NCBI GenBank assembly: GCA_951406725.2
Contig: OX597826.1
Coordinates: 10,292,001 to 10,356,000, forward strand
DNA from: Octopus vulgaris
Lineage: Eukaryota
DNA length: 64,000 nt
Direction of reading: 5' to 3'
Shown: piece by piece, positions 1 to 13,192 of the stretch
Numbering within the stretch: position 1 is the first letter of the stretch
How the letters are laid out: every line of letters starts with the position of its first letter
Notes under the pieces: generated by a model
What the model was told of the DNA's origin: nothing
The model's database searches: none
The model's input: only the letters and a program-made list of their open reading frames with translations
Made by a program: the position numbers and the translations under genes

Positions 1-125
1 ATGGTGATGATGATAATTATAAAGAAAACATTTTTTATATCAGAATATAAAACGATAAGTGAGAGGTATAAAAAAAAAAAAAACAGTGTCTTAAAAAACA
101 TCTTTCTTTATTTCTCTCTTTTCAG

Positions 126-233
126 CTCTATCCAACTGGCTTAATGTCACAACATATAAAAGATTGGCAACTTGGAACTGTAGCTGAATTCAAGGGACCA
201 TTTGGAAGTTTCTCAGAAAATCTCTTAAAAAAG
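126..233 (+). CDS. CYB5RL: NADH-cytochrome b5 reductase-like protein, internal coding exon (end of FAD-binding domain)
   Basis: Polypyrimidine tract plus ttcag acceptor, AAG|gtttgc donor, 108 nt, phase 0/0. Translates LYPTGLMSQHIKDWQLGTVAEFKGPFGSFSENLLKK, matching the G-x-MS...G...GPFG signature of cytochrome b5 reductase/CYB5RL. Confidence 0.9.
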
Positions 234-369
234 GTTTGCTATATTTCAATGTACAATAATTAAGCAAAGTAGGCAAAATAAGTTAAAATTGTTGTTGTCT
301 TTGCATACAAACATCTCCCCTGCATCCATTTCCTGTTGAGTGTTCCTAATCTTGTGGGTTTGTGGGAGT

Positions 370-610
370 TTGTGCCACATAAAAAGCACCTGTATTAGTG
401 TCATGTAAAAGCATCCATAACAGCGCTGCATAAAAGCACCCAGTACACTCTGTAAAGTGGTTGGCATTAGGAAGGGCATCCAGCTATAGAAACCATACCA
501 AAACAGACATGGAACCCAAGCAGCTTTTTGGCTGGCCAGCTCCAGCCAAACCACCCAACTCATGCCAGCATAGAAAATGGACGTTAAATGATGATAATGA
601 TGATGATGAT
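370..610 (+). mobile_element. RTE LINE 3'UTR fragment with (GAT)n tail
   Basis: aaaagcaccc...gtggttggcattaggaagggcatccagct...ccaacccatgc...ggacgttaaatgatgat motif, also found directly after the RTE ORF stop at 37526-38123. Confidence 0.75.
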
Positions 611-1537
611 TCTTAGGTAACATAATCCCCCAAGAGATGCTTTTTTTCCCTGCCACCATGGAAAATAGACAAAACACACTAATGATGATGTGTGTGAGTG
701 TATACATCTATACAAACCTTCACACAGTCTCCATCTGCTAAATTTCACTCACAAGGCATTGATCAACCCAAGACACTTACCAATGATACCACAAAGTGGG
801 ATTGAACCTGCAATCCATGTGTTGACTTCATTGCCTTACCTCTTCCTAAAGGTACCAATAAAATAAGTATCAGGATCAATGTGAACAAATAGAACCCTTG
901 AATATGTTGTCACAACTTGGCTGCCATCCAATGACTGAAACCATTTAAAAAACTTCAAAGGTTTTAGAAATTTCTAGAAACTATTTGTTAATCTAGATTA
1001 TAAGAGTTTGGGGGAAGATTACAGAGACCTTTGAAATTGGCAGCTGGGTGATGAATATATTATGAAAAACCCGTATGAAATGAGAAAATATTGTGTGAGA
1101 TAGTAATCTAAAAGGATATCAAATATGTTCCCAAGCAAAACAGATGTTAAACAGCAACGCTCGTTATCTCTGTTACTACAATCTCCCATATGATTACTTA
1201 ACCTGATAGAAATAGCAACCAAATTCACTCAAATCATGTGATACATCCTTTTAAGATAGTATGTGTATACATGTGGCTGTGTGGTTAAGAAGCTTGCTTC
1301 CCAACAATGTGGGCTTGGGTTCGGTCCCACTGCATGGCACCTTGGACAAGTGTCTTTTATTATAGCCCCAGGTCGACCAAAGACTTGTGAGTGGATTTTG
1401 TAGACAGAAACTGAATGAAGCCCATTGTACAAGCTCACACAAACAACACACACAAACCATCATCATCATCATCATCATCATTTAATATCTGTCTTCACTG
1501 CTGGCATGGGTTTGACACACACACACACACATACACA

Positions 1538-2070
1538 CATCATCATCATCATCATCATCATCATTTAACGTCCGCTTTCCATGCTAGCATGGGTTGGACG
1601 GTTCAACAGGTGTCTGGGGAGCCCGAAGGCTGCACCAGGCCAGTCAGATCTGGCAGTGTTTCTACAGCTGGATGCCCTTCCTAACGCCAACCACTCCGAG
1701 AGTGTAGTGGGTGATTTTATGTGCCACCGACACAGGTGCCAGACGAGGCTGGCGAACGGCCACGCTCGGATGGTGTTTTTATGTGCCACCGACACAGGTG
1801 CCAGACAAGGCTGGCAGACGACCACGCTCGGATGGTGTTTTTATGTGCCACCGACACAGGTGCCAGACGAGGCTGGCGAACGGCCACGCTCGGATGGTGT
1901 TTTTATGTGCCACCGACACAGGTGCCAGACAAGGCTAGCAGACGACCACGCTCGGATGGTGTTTTTTATGTGCCACCGACACAGGTGCCAGACGAGGCTG
2001 GCGAACGGCCACGCTCGGATGGTGTTTTTATGTGCCACCGACACAGGTGCCAGACAAGGCTAGCAGACGA
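1538..2070 (-). mobile_element. RTE LINE 3'UTR with expanded internal ~62 bp tandem repeat
   Basis: (CAT)n tail at 1538-1564, UTR core, then six ~62 bp units at 1716-2070. Confidence 0.8.
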
Positions 2071-2134
2071 CATATTCTTTTATTCTTTTACCTATTTCAG
2101 TCATATGACTGCAGCCATGCTGGAGCACTGCTTT

Positions 2135-3082
2135 GCACACCACATTTCATGTTTCTTATGTCCAACTTTTCTCTCAGGGCACTTACACTCTGTCATGTAT
2201 GCACACTGACATTACACATCCAGCAGAGCATACTAGCTTCATTTCTTTCAAGCCTATGCATGTCCTCAGCAGTCACAGCCCATGTTTCACTGCCATGTAG
2301 CATGGCTGTTCATACACATGCATCATACAGTCTACCTTTCATTCTGAGCAAGAGGCCTTTTGTTACCAGCAGAGGTAGAAGCCCTCCAAACTTTGCCCAG
2401 TTATTCTTATTCTAGCAGCTACATTCTCAGAGCATCCACTCCCACTACTGACTTGGTCACCTAGGTAACGGAAGCTATCACCTACTTCTAGTTTTCCCCC
2501 ACTGGCATGTGACAGAAGATGTTTTCTGTACATCTTCAGTGTTTATTGTCCCTGTGCATCTTCCACACACAAGAACTATCTTCCCAGTTAACCTTGCTTT
2601 GATATTGCTGCACCTCTTATGTGTCTATAGCTTACACAGGGTACATCTTATGGAGTTTCTGCCTATGCCTTTTCTGCATATCGAGCAGGGCCACCTACCT
2701 GAAGGGATTTGTGATTTGCCTGCCTTCCTACTTATTAAGACTTTGGTTTTTACTAGGTTGACTCTAAGGCCCTTCGATTCTTGACCTTGCTCCCACACCT
2801 GAAACTTCTCTAGTCCTGGTAGTGACTCAGCTATTAGAGCAAGGTCATCAGCATAGAGGAGCTCCCAGGGGCAGCCTGTCTTGAATTCCTCTGTTATTAC
2901 CTGGAGGGCTATGATGAATAAGAGGGGGCTAAAGACTGATCCTTGGTGAACCTCTACTTCTACTTGGAATTCTTCACTATACTCATTGCCAACCCTCACC
3001 TTTCTGATAGCATCCCTGTACATGGCTTGTACAACTCTCACCAACCACTCATCTATCCCTAGTTTCTGCATTGACCACCAGA
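2135..3082 (-). mobile_element. RTE-clade LINE reverse transcriptase fragment (degenerate)
   Basis: Minus-strand translation [12 protein letters not shown]...[18 protein letters not shown] (RT motifs B and C) followed by a Cys-rich insert and C-terminal GSETWAV-like sequence. 5' end is lost in (TA)n. Confidence 0.9.
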
Positions 3083-3086
3083 TATA

Positions 3087-3137
<51 letters not shown>

Positions 3138-3143
3138 AATATA

Positions 3144-3181
<38 letters not shown>

Positions 3182-3192
3182 TAGATATATGA

Positions 3193-3224
<32 letters not shown>

Positions 3225-3905
3225 GTATGAATATATATATATATATAGATATAGATATATGAATATATATAGATATATATGAATATACATATACATATAT
3301 ATATATGTGTGTGTGTATACATATACATATGTAGGTGTGCATGTATATGTATGTATATCTTTGTGTGTACCCTTGTCTAGATATTATGTGATAGTTGCAA
3401 ATGAGCATCATCAACATACAGGTAAACTTATCATTTCCAGTCTTCCATGGAAAAGATGTCTAGCTATGGAGAGCCATGCAGTTGGGAAGTAAATCTTTTA
3501 CCACGCAGCCATGCCTGGCAAAAGTTACAGAGGGAAGTTAGTAAGTTTAAGTTCCTATATTTGTAGAGAGAAGTGTTTTCTCCTGTGGCATATAAACTCA
3601 TCCAAACTTAGTAACTTTAGTATACATGCAGTAGGTGTGTTGGTGTGTAGGCATCTCTTTAGTAGAATCATATAAAGCGTCTTTGAAATGTCTTATATAA
3701 CTTCTCTAAAAAACTGTTTTATTGAACCTGGAGTATGTGATTCAATCTTCACTGTTCTTTATGGGAGAAACTCAGGCTTCTCCAGGTTTATGTATAAGAA
3801 TCTAGTTACATACATAGGACAGTATACCAATGATGATGGTATGTGCACTTGTGTGTGTGTATGCATGTGTATGCCCATATGTATGTATGTACGTGCATGT
3901 ATGTG

Positions 3906-3955
<50 letters not shown>

Positions 3956-5331
3956 GGTGTTGTGTCTGGGGAGAGTCATTCTCTGTTAGTGCCTTATAAT
4001 TTAACACACTTACTGGTAAAATTTTCACTCATTTATCTGTTTTTCTAAAAATAAATATGCTTCAATACACAAACTCACACAAAGAATCTTGGAAAACAAA
4101 TCCCAAAATGAAATATATATATATATGCAAAAATATATATTTTTGCATGTATAGATATATGTATAACTATATATATATATATACATAGTGTGTGTGTGTG
4201 TTTATATATAGATAGATAGATAGATTTTACATAAAAATAAATAGAAAAACAAGAAAGAGCTGACCAAGTAATACATATTCACATATGTACATGCATACAT
4301 CCACAACCATACACAGTTTCACATATTCACATGTATGCATGCATACATACATAGATACATACAAAACACACACATACATATACTTACACACACACACATG
4401 TATATATAAGCCCACTTAAATACAAGCAAAGCAAAGCAAACCAGAACAAACAAAAAAATGCGATGTAGATTAGCATACTTTTAGTAACCATTAAAGTAAT
4501 CAAATTTCAAGCTGCTAATGTATTAAATAACAAACCACAACTATTATAATTATTTTAATGAAACAAATAACTTTATCAGTACTGAAATAAGTGAAGCAAA
4601 GTGACTAATTTTGCTATTTACAACGATTGAATATGAGTGGTGGGGGACGGTGGGCGATGGAGGACCCTAAGGGCGTGCAAAGAAAAACAAAAAGGAAAAT
4701 ATGTTTGAAGTAGTTTTGGGATTTCAGAAATCTGTGATAATCTGAAGTACAAGCAAACCAAACTTGCACAGGCCTGCAAAAAGGGTCAGGGGTGCTGTTG
4801 CCATTTTTTAAATTTCTTCTTCTCTTTTCTTCCTTCTCATTCTTCCTCCTTGGCCTCCTCCTTATCTTATTAATAAATGAAATAAATAAGTAAATAAGTA
4901 AATGAATAAGTTAAATTAGATATTGTGTAGGTGTGTAATTTCTCTGGCCTACTTCTACTCCAGCGACTAAATTAAAGTCTGTAAATGATTTTACATCTGA
5001 GGATTAGAGCGTTTGGAGTGAAACTGTTTTTAGCGTGTGGATGAATGTGTTTGGTGGTGGTGATGATGGTGATGGTGGTGGTGGTGGTGAGGGGGTGGGC
5101 AGAGTTGTCAAAGCTTCGGATAGGATATGAGTTTTGGCTCTCTTGCACTTCAAGTTCAAATCTTTCTAAAGTCAACTTTGCTTTCCATCCCTTTACGGGG
5201 GTCAATAAATAAAGTACTTGTCAAGTGCTGGTGCAGCCCTCTCTCACATTCTCCCTCTCTCCCACTCTCCCCCCCTCTCTCTCTCTTCAGCAGTCGTATC
5301 CTGAATATTCTGCTAGGTTAACCCTTTAGTA

Positions 5332-5602
5332 CATTGGTTCTCAGTTGGGGCCTGTGTGATCTTGGGGGTCCATATGGCCATTGTGGATCCATATAATATT
5401 TTGTTCTTAATATTTATGTGCAATGAATTGGTTCTACTTCTAAAATATACAAAATATTTTAACAATTTTTTAATGCAATTCTTAATATTTAATTATAAAA
5501 ATATAGCATGATTTTTTAAACATTGAATAGCTAGGAGGGTCCATCCAAATAAAATAGGGATCAAAAGGATCTATAGGTAAAAAAAGTGGTTGAGAAACAC
5601 TG
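5332..5602. mobile_element. hAT/Charlie-type MITE
   Basis: Imperfect TIRs cattggttctca / ttgagaaacactg and similar 8-bp flanks ctttagta / ctatagaa. Confidence 0.55.
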
Positions 5603-5689
5603 CTATAGAATTTAAACTGGACATACTCTTACTCTTACTACGTTATGCTTAATACAAACTTAGATACCTTACATCACAATAATTAATTA

Positions 5690-5928
5690 CCTATTTATTT
5701 AATATACTAAACCCTTTTATAGGAATTAACCTTATATAATAACTGAAAAATTATAATTAATAATATATATAATTATTGATGACTTTGCTGGATAACTAAA
5801 GAATAAAAATTGCAAATTAGGTAATTAGATGCCTATTTATTTATTATATTAAACCCCTTTATAGGAATTAACCTTATATAATAACTGAAATATTATTATA
5901 ATTAATATATACAATTATTGATGACTTC
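5690..5928. repeat. diverged tandem duplication (~140 bp unit x2)
   Basis: cctatttattt...tttataggaattaaccttatataataactgaaa...aattattgatgactt occurs twice. Confidence 0.75.
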
Positions 5929-6174
5929 ATGGTTGAATGAATGAATGAATGTCTTAAGTTGATTTTGATTTAGGCATTTTTTTTGTTAGCATTTATTAAC
6001 TGCTAAAATTTTTTGAGATGTTCAGTTGGAATTTCACCAATTTGGATTACCTTGATAATGTTGTGATGACATGTCTTTTTCAAGATGTTGTTATTAATTT
6101 TAATAATATTGTTTATATGTATGTGTGTGTTAATCTAAAATAAAGACATGATTTTCTTCATACATATTATTTGT

Positions 6175-6203
<29 letters not shown>

Positions 6204-6205
<2 letters not shown>

Positions 6206-6787
6206 CGAGCAAAACGCCCCCCATATCCAATGGACAGTGCTGAGTTGTCAAACATTTAAACCAAATTTTCTCAAAACAACTTGTCCGACCATCCCATAGG
6301 CTTCCCCTTTGAGAAACACTGATTTAACCTAAATTTGAGACACCAGCAAAAGAAGAAATAAAGATAGACTTTTTTTCAATTCCAAAGAAAAATGATTTTA
6401 TTCACACAAATATGCAACCGAAGAGTTTAAAGTACCAGTGATGATAAGGCTGTTGACTGGGAGAACAGAAATATGGTTTAAACAGTAAGCTTGGCAGGAA
6501 AGAAACATGCTTGCCAGCTTTTTTTGCGCAAACTGCATATGCATTTTTCTCGTGTACGCGTAGTATTGATTGCAACAGCTGATGTACTTGTGCATACAAA
6601 TGCACATTCCCACGGCTTTATCAATCGCATTCTCACCTGGAATCGATTTTTGTAATTTTTTCAAGACTTATACACGCTCTGATACCATCGGTATCTACAT
6701 GTCAAATTCTGGGCACAATAGAATGGAGGATGTCCGAGATCCTAGAAGACAGACAGACAGAACGGATTTTATGTTATATATATATAG
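6204..6787 (-). mobile_element. non-autonomous Helitron-like element
   Basis: Minus strand starts ctatatatatataac...tctgtctgtctgtc, resembling the start of the 13193 element. The other end reads acgag (degenerate CTAG). Confidence 0.45.
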
Positions 6788-7017
6788 GGTCATCCCATAA
6801 ATAATGCAGTTTTTTTTATACTTCCTCCTTTTAAACAATTCAGACCAATATTCAAATATCTAAAACTGTGAAAGAAAATACTCTTAAAGAAAGTAAAAAA
6901 ATTGTATAAATTTTTGTAGATCTTGTCAGAGAAATGTCTGTTGATGGCTTGTCTTTTAAGTTTTATCAACAAACATCTTCTTCTATTAATTTCCTTTTTC
7001 TGTTTTTATCTTTGCAG

Positions 7018-7221
7018 TGGCCAAGACTATGTCTGCTTGCTTCTGGGACTGGTATAGCTCCAATGTCAGCAATTGTAAAATCTATTCTAAATGATGAAGA
7101 TAATGAAACAGTGATACAACTATTGTTTGCGTCTCGGTTTTATGAAGATATTTTATTAAAAGAAGACATAGAAAGCTGGGCAGACTATTGGAATTTCAGA
7201 GTTCTCTACTGCCTCAGTCAG
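7018..7221 (+). CDS. CYB5RL: NADH-cytochrome b5 reductase-like protein, coding exon (NAD-binding domain)
   Basis: tttgcag acceptor, CAG|gtaaat donor, 204 nt, phase 0/0. WPRLCLLASGTGIAPMSAIVKSILNDEDNETVIQLLFASRFYEDILLKEDIESWADYWNFRVLYCLSQ contains the FNR-family GTGIAP motif and the CYB5RL-like ET..WN..LSQ pattern. Confidence 0.93.
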
Positions 7222-7987
7222 GTAAATGAAATAAGTGAATTATTCTTTTATCTTTATTTTGGTAGATTGACAAAATGAGTAGAGTGTTGTAGAAGAGTGC
7301 TACGTGACATTTAGCTGTTTCCTTTTATGTTTGGGGTTCAAATCTTGCCGAGGTCATCTTAGTCTTTCATTCTTTCATGGCTGATAAAATAATGTAAAGT
7401 AGCCATCTATGTATCATACTTAATGTATATACACCATTGATAGGCCTGTTACAGCAGTATTTGTCCTGAGATAATGCACTGTATTAAAAACATAATAAAT
7501 ATCAGAAGGAGGTGAAAAAAACTGTCCATCAGTGATCAATGAGAACACCAAGTGCATTTTAGCCTTTTTGGGACCTTTTTGAAGGACATGTACTCACAGC
7601 CTGCCTCATGCCTGGGCAAGAATTCTTTACCTCCAATATAGGAAGCAGTGAATAAAACCTTCACTGGTAATGTAAATAACCTGGCAGAATAAAAATCAGG
7701 TATAAAGTACAATTTAAATATTGGGATTGATTTCATCAACTGTTCCCTCCCCTCAAATTTGTGGCTATGTGCCTAAAATAGAAAGCATTATTGTATTATA
7801 GCGTTAGAGCTTCAGAGGAGTTCTTGATGGTGAGGAGACAATAGAAATGGTAAAATACTTAAATGCTTTACAATATTTGTTGCGTCCAGCCAGCATCCTG
7901 TATCCAGAACCCACAGAGGTTGTTTGTGCATTTCATTCACCTGGGATCGATAAAATAATACATAAGGGAGTCGGTGTTAGTTAACTA

Positions 7988-8229
7988 TTGGGTTGTCCGG
8001 AAAGTTCGTGCCGATTGTTAAATGAAAGAAAAAGGTCAATAAATACTTGCCATTGCATTTTTAATTAACCAAATATGAACCATTTTGTTGCACAATGCGT
8101 CTCTATTTTTCCTTTAACTTGAAAATACCCTCTTCCCTGAATTGAGGTGGTTTCATGGGAAAGAATTCATCAAGGTATTTTTTTACATCATCCAAGGAAT
8201 TGAAATTTTTACCATTAAGACTATTCTGT
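7988..8229 (-). mobile_element. mariner transposon 3' end fragment
   Basis: Minus translation QNSLNGKNFNSLDDVKKYLDEFF...EEGIFKLKEK*RRIVQQNGSY (mariner C-terminus), with a TIR ttgggttgtccggaaagttcgtgcc next to TA. Confidence 0.75.
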
Positions 8230-8334
8230 TTATGGATGTAAGGACACTAAATGAAGGAACAGCATATACATTCATGTGTGTGTGTATACGTGTGTGTATG
8301 TATATGTGTTTGTATGTGTGTATATGTGTGTGTC

Positions 8335-8486
8335 ACCCACTACACTCATGGAGTGGTTGGCATTAGGAAGGGCATCCAGCCGTAGAAACATTGCCAGATC
8401 AGACTGGAGCTTGGTGCAGCCTCCTGGCTTCCCAGATCCCAGTTGAACCATCCAACCCATGCTAGCATGGAAAGTGGATGCTAAAC

Positions 8487-8522
<36 letters not shown>
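8335..8522 (+). mobile_element. RTE LINE 3'UTR fragment with (GAT)n tail
   Basis: Same UTR core as 37930-38123. Confidence 0.75.
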
Positions 8523-8523
<1 letters not shown>

Positions 8524-8716
8524 ATTATTATTTTTAATTACTAGAAATTACAAAAGATACTTAGAATCTGAAAGTTTTGTGCATGAGATTTATCAAATTA
8601 AATGAAACTGTCGGCCCTTGAATCACTTTCGTAACTTCTGATGATTAAAAATGAAAAACATATTTATTGCATTGAGTTCTATTTATCCTGTTTGTTCTAT
8701 CAAACCTATGTGTGTG

Positions 8717-8748
<32 letters not shown>

Positions 8749-8774
8749 CATACATATATATATGTATATATATA

Positions 8775-10170
8775 CAGGGGTTGGACAAAATAATGGAAAC
8801 ACCTAGCTTCATAGCATCATAATTTTAAAGTATCTATAAATCCATCAAAAGCTTGTTTATTTTTATGTTTTTTGATTTATCATTAGTGTTGCTTAATATA
8901 TTTTGCTAAAATTGCTGTTTCTTTTCGGATATCATCAGATAAAGGTAATTAAAATTCATTAAAATTACAGATCTATCGGACTTTCAAAGAGGTCAAATTG
9001 TTGGTGCTTGTATGGCAGGCACTAGAATAATTAAAATAGCCGAAATTTTTGGTGTATCAAGAAGTTCTGTCTTGAAAGTAATGACACCCTTTGAGAAAGA
9101 GGGAAAAATTTCCTCGTCAAAACAAAACTCTGGAAGAAAACCAAAAGTTTCAGATAGGGACCGTCAGACTCTTACATGAATTTTTAGAAAGGATCACAAA
9201 AATACAGCTCCCCAAATTACTGCAGAGCTTAATGACCACCTAGAGAACCCAGTTTCCACAAAAACTGTTCGCCAGGAGCTGCACAAAGCCAAATTTCACA
9301 GGAGGGTTGCAATCAGAAAACCACTACTTTCAAAAACAAATGTTGCAAAGCATTTAGAGTGGAGTAAAAAAACCTACAGAATTGGTCCCTAGAGCAGTGG
9401 AAGAATGTTATTTTCTTGGACGAGTCATCCTTTACCTTATTTCTGACTACCGGCCAAATATATATATGGAGACAGCCAAAAGAAGCATTTGACCCCGACT
9501 GCATACTTCTAACTGTTAAACATGGAGGAGGATCTGTGATGATCTGGTGGGGAGGGGGCTATATCTTGGAAATATGCTGGCCCACTGGTTTCCCTTCGTG
9601 GCAGATTTAATAGTCAAGACTATTTAAGCATTTTATCTGACCAAATTCATCCTCACAGCCTCAGACTCAACACAGAGGTCTACACCAAGTTCCTGGAGGA
9701 GGTAGTACTGCCTTGGGTGAAGGGGGTGGCTGCTGGAAGATCCTATGTCTGGCAACAGGACTCTGCACCATCCCACACAAGCAGGAAAACCCAGTCATGA
9801 CTGTCAGACAATTTCTGCAACCACATCACCCCTAACATCTGGCCATCTAACTCCCCATACTGCAATCTCCTTGATTGTTATGTGTGGGACATAGTTGAGT
9901 GAGAGACCAACAAAACTTCTTGTAACACCAAAGATGAACTGAAGGCAAGGATTATAACAGCATTCTCTAACTTAAACAAGGAGATCGACCAGAAGAGTTG
10001 CAGGAGGTGCAGGAGGTTCTGGAGCCAATAGCGATTTTATTGAATAAATTTACTCTTTAGTATTTCAAGATATTTTTATGTAATTTTGGTAAATATGTCT
10101 GTTAAAATGAGATGTCAGCATTATTTTTGCTTTTGAGTAACTTAGATGACAGTTTATTCACCGCATGCTG
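8775..10170 (+). mobile_element. Tc1/maT chimeric DNA transposon relic (pseudogenised transposase)
   Basis: Left TIR caggggttggacaaaataatggaaacacc after TA. Tc1 transposase from ~8965 (DLSDFQRGQIVG...VIFLDESSF...TVKHGGGSVMIW). From ~9655 the sequence and right TIR match the DD37D element at 33769-34623. Contains stops and frameshifts. Confidence 0.85.
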
Positions 10171-11496
10171 TATATATATATATATATATGGCTTCTGTAT
10201 AGTATGAACACTTCTCAAGTTTAATGTAACTTGAATCACTAAAAGTCACTAAAAATCATACTTTATTAATCATGTCCTGTAAGGAAGAAAGTGCTCCACC
10301 TTCCACCAAGTAGTAAAATTTATTAACACTTCATATCAGCATTGGCAAATTCACATGATTACACATTACTTCATAAGCTTTATTTACAAAGGAAAATGGT
10401 AAGAAATATTTTAATTTTTCCTAATCAGTACAGGCCTAATGTAAGTAATAATTTTATATTTCATCTCATTCAGTAAAGCTTGTTAACGTTTTCATCTCAC
10501 TTAATAAAGTTTATTAACACTTAAAGTCAACATTATCAAACCCATGTGGCTTTATCACTTACATCGTAAATTTGTTTACAAAGTAAAGTAAAAGGAAGTA
10601 TTTTAATTTTTCGTTACAGACACAGATTTAATATATGTAACAATTTTATATTTCATCTCATTTCATAAAGTTTATTAAAGTTTTTCACTTATTTAGTAAA
10701 GTTTATTGATACCTAACAACAACATTATTCACAAAGTAAAATAATATTTACAAAGTAAAGCAAACTTTGAGGTTAAAAGAATAAAAACAACTGAAAGAAA
10801 ACAAGATGAAATACAAGAAGAAAATGAAACAAGACTTGATGCAAAAAGATTAGAAATTACTGAAAATAGTTAGAAATAAGTCTCACCATTTTAAACATGT
10901 TCTGTGCTTATATATTTATGATATATTGAACTTTACTGCAGAATATAAACTTAGAAAGAACTTTTAATTTCTAAATTATGATAATATTTATCCATGGTAA
11001 TGTTTAACATATTTTTCTAATTATAATATTTAGTTTATTACTTAATTAATTTACGCCTACAATTTAGTTTACACGGTAAAAAAAAAGTGTTATAAATATT
11101 TATAAAAAAATACATACATATATATTAGTGTATGTATCTATGTGCACATACATGTGTTAAATCTTTTAGAGTCTTTATATCATATTTTCCTGTCCCTGAC
11201 TTAAATATTGTTTCTGTTTCTGTCAGAATATACGATCTTGTGGTTGTCTGTTTTTGTTTACAGACAATGCAAAGTCTCTCTCCCCTCCCACCCTCTCTCC
11301 CTCCCTCCCCCCTCTCTTAATACTGTTTTAAATAATTATATTTTATTATACATTATTAATCTAATTTATGAATACCAAAAATTTACTCTAATTTTAAAAT
11401 TCTGTCAGAAGAATTACAAGGTTATAATAATATTTATTTTAAAGAATTTTAAAGTTGTTTATATATACATACATACATACATACATACATACACAT

Positions 11497-11543
<47 letters not shown>

Positions 11544-11545
11544 TA

Positions 11546-11576
<31 letters not shown>

Positions 11577-11586
11577 CATACATACA

Positions 11587-11619
<33 letters not shown>

Positions 11620-12394
11620 TATATGTCTATACATATACTCAGTTTTATGTGTGCCTGTGCACATGAAGCCTTTATACAGACACACATACACATGCACATA
11701 TCTGTATATAAAGCCTGAGGCCATTACTGGAGAAGTATTTGGCTAAGAGTAAACTGTTATTCCTGAAGAAGGCTTTTGATAGAGTACCACATACAGTAAT
11801 GTTGTGGTCAGTAAGAAAATTAGGTACTGATGAATAACTTGTGAGAGCAGTGCAAGCTATGTACAAGGATGTAGTAAGTAAAGTGAGAGTCAACAATGTA
11901 TTCAATGAGGAATTTAGTGTGAGGGTTGGAAACCACCAAAGCTCAATTCTCAGCCCTATTCATCTCCTATTCATCATAATCCTACAAGCCATCATAGAGG
12001 AGTTAAAGACTGGCTGTCCTTGGGAGCTCCTGTATGTTGATGACTTAGTTCTCATCTCTGAATCCATTGAGGAGTTCGAGAAGAAATTCCAGAAATGGAA
12101 GCTAAACCTGGAATTGAGAGGCTTTAAAGTGAACCCAAAAATGATAAAGGGTTTAGTAAGTAGGAAAAAAGACAGGACCCTAGTACCTTCAGGGGAATGG
12201 CCTTGCTTGATATGTAGAAAAGGAGTAGGTATAAACTTCATATGCTGTATGCAATATAAGCTGTGGACATACAAGAGATGTGAAATTACTGACAGCCTAA
12301 CTGAAAACGTAGGTTTCACGTGTGGTAGGTGCAGTGGAGCAGTTCATACTAGCACACCAGAAACTCAGTCTCCTAAATACTCAGTCAGTTCACT

Positions 12395-12891
12395 GAAATC
12401 GAAATCAAAATCAAATTCTATGACTGGTATCCATGCTAGTGGAGCGCTAAGAGTACCATACGAGTGTGATTGTTGCCAGAGCAACAAACTGGCCTCCATG
12501 TTGGTGGCACGTAAAAAGCACCATTTGAGTGTGGTCGTTACCTGTGTTGCCTTACTGGTACTTGTGCAGGTGGCACGTGAAAAAACATTCGAGCGAGGAT
12601 GTTGCCAGTGCTGCTGGACTGGCTCTTGTGCAGGTGGCACATAAAAAGCACCATTTGAGCGTGGCCATTGCCAGTACTGCCTGACTGGCCCTCGTGTTGG
12701 TGGCACGTAAAAGCACCCACTACACTCTCGGAGTGGTTGGCATTAGGAAGGGCATCCAGCTGTAGAAACTCTGCCAGATCAGATTGGAGTCTGGTGCAGC
12801 CATCTGGTTTGCCAGACATCAGTCAAATTGTCCAACCCATGCTAACATGGAAAGCGGACGTTAAACGATGATGAAGATGAAGATGATGATG
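12395..12891 (+). mobile_element. 5'-truncated RTE 3'UTR insertion with TSD
   Basis: Flanked by direct repeat agttcact (12387-12394 and 12892-12899), ends in a (GAT)n tail. Confidence 0.85.
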
Positions 12892-13192
12892 AGTTCACTA
12901 GAAGTAGTTGATAGCTTTTGTTACTTGGGAAATGTAATTAGCAAGGAAAGTGGATGCTCTGAAAACATAGCAACCAGAGTAAGAACAAACTGGAAAAAGT
13001 TCAGAGCTGCTACTGCTGCTGGCAAATGGTTGTTTCCCTGAAAGAGAAAGGCAGATTATATGATGCTTGTGTTAGAACTGCAGTGCTGCATGGTAATGAG
13101 ACTTGGACCTTGAGTGCAGAGGAGATGAGAAGACTAGAAAGAAGTGCAGCTAGCATGCTCTGTTGGATGTGCAAGTAAAGTGTGCATGGACA

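Noticed and set aside
1716-2070. CRISPR-like regularly spaced repeats
   Set aside because: The intervening sequences are not unique spacers. The whole unit repeats, it is part of a LINE 3'UTR, and there are no cas genes in this eukaryotic context.
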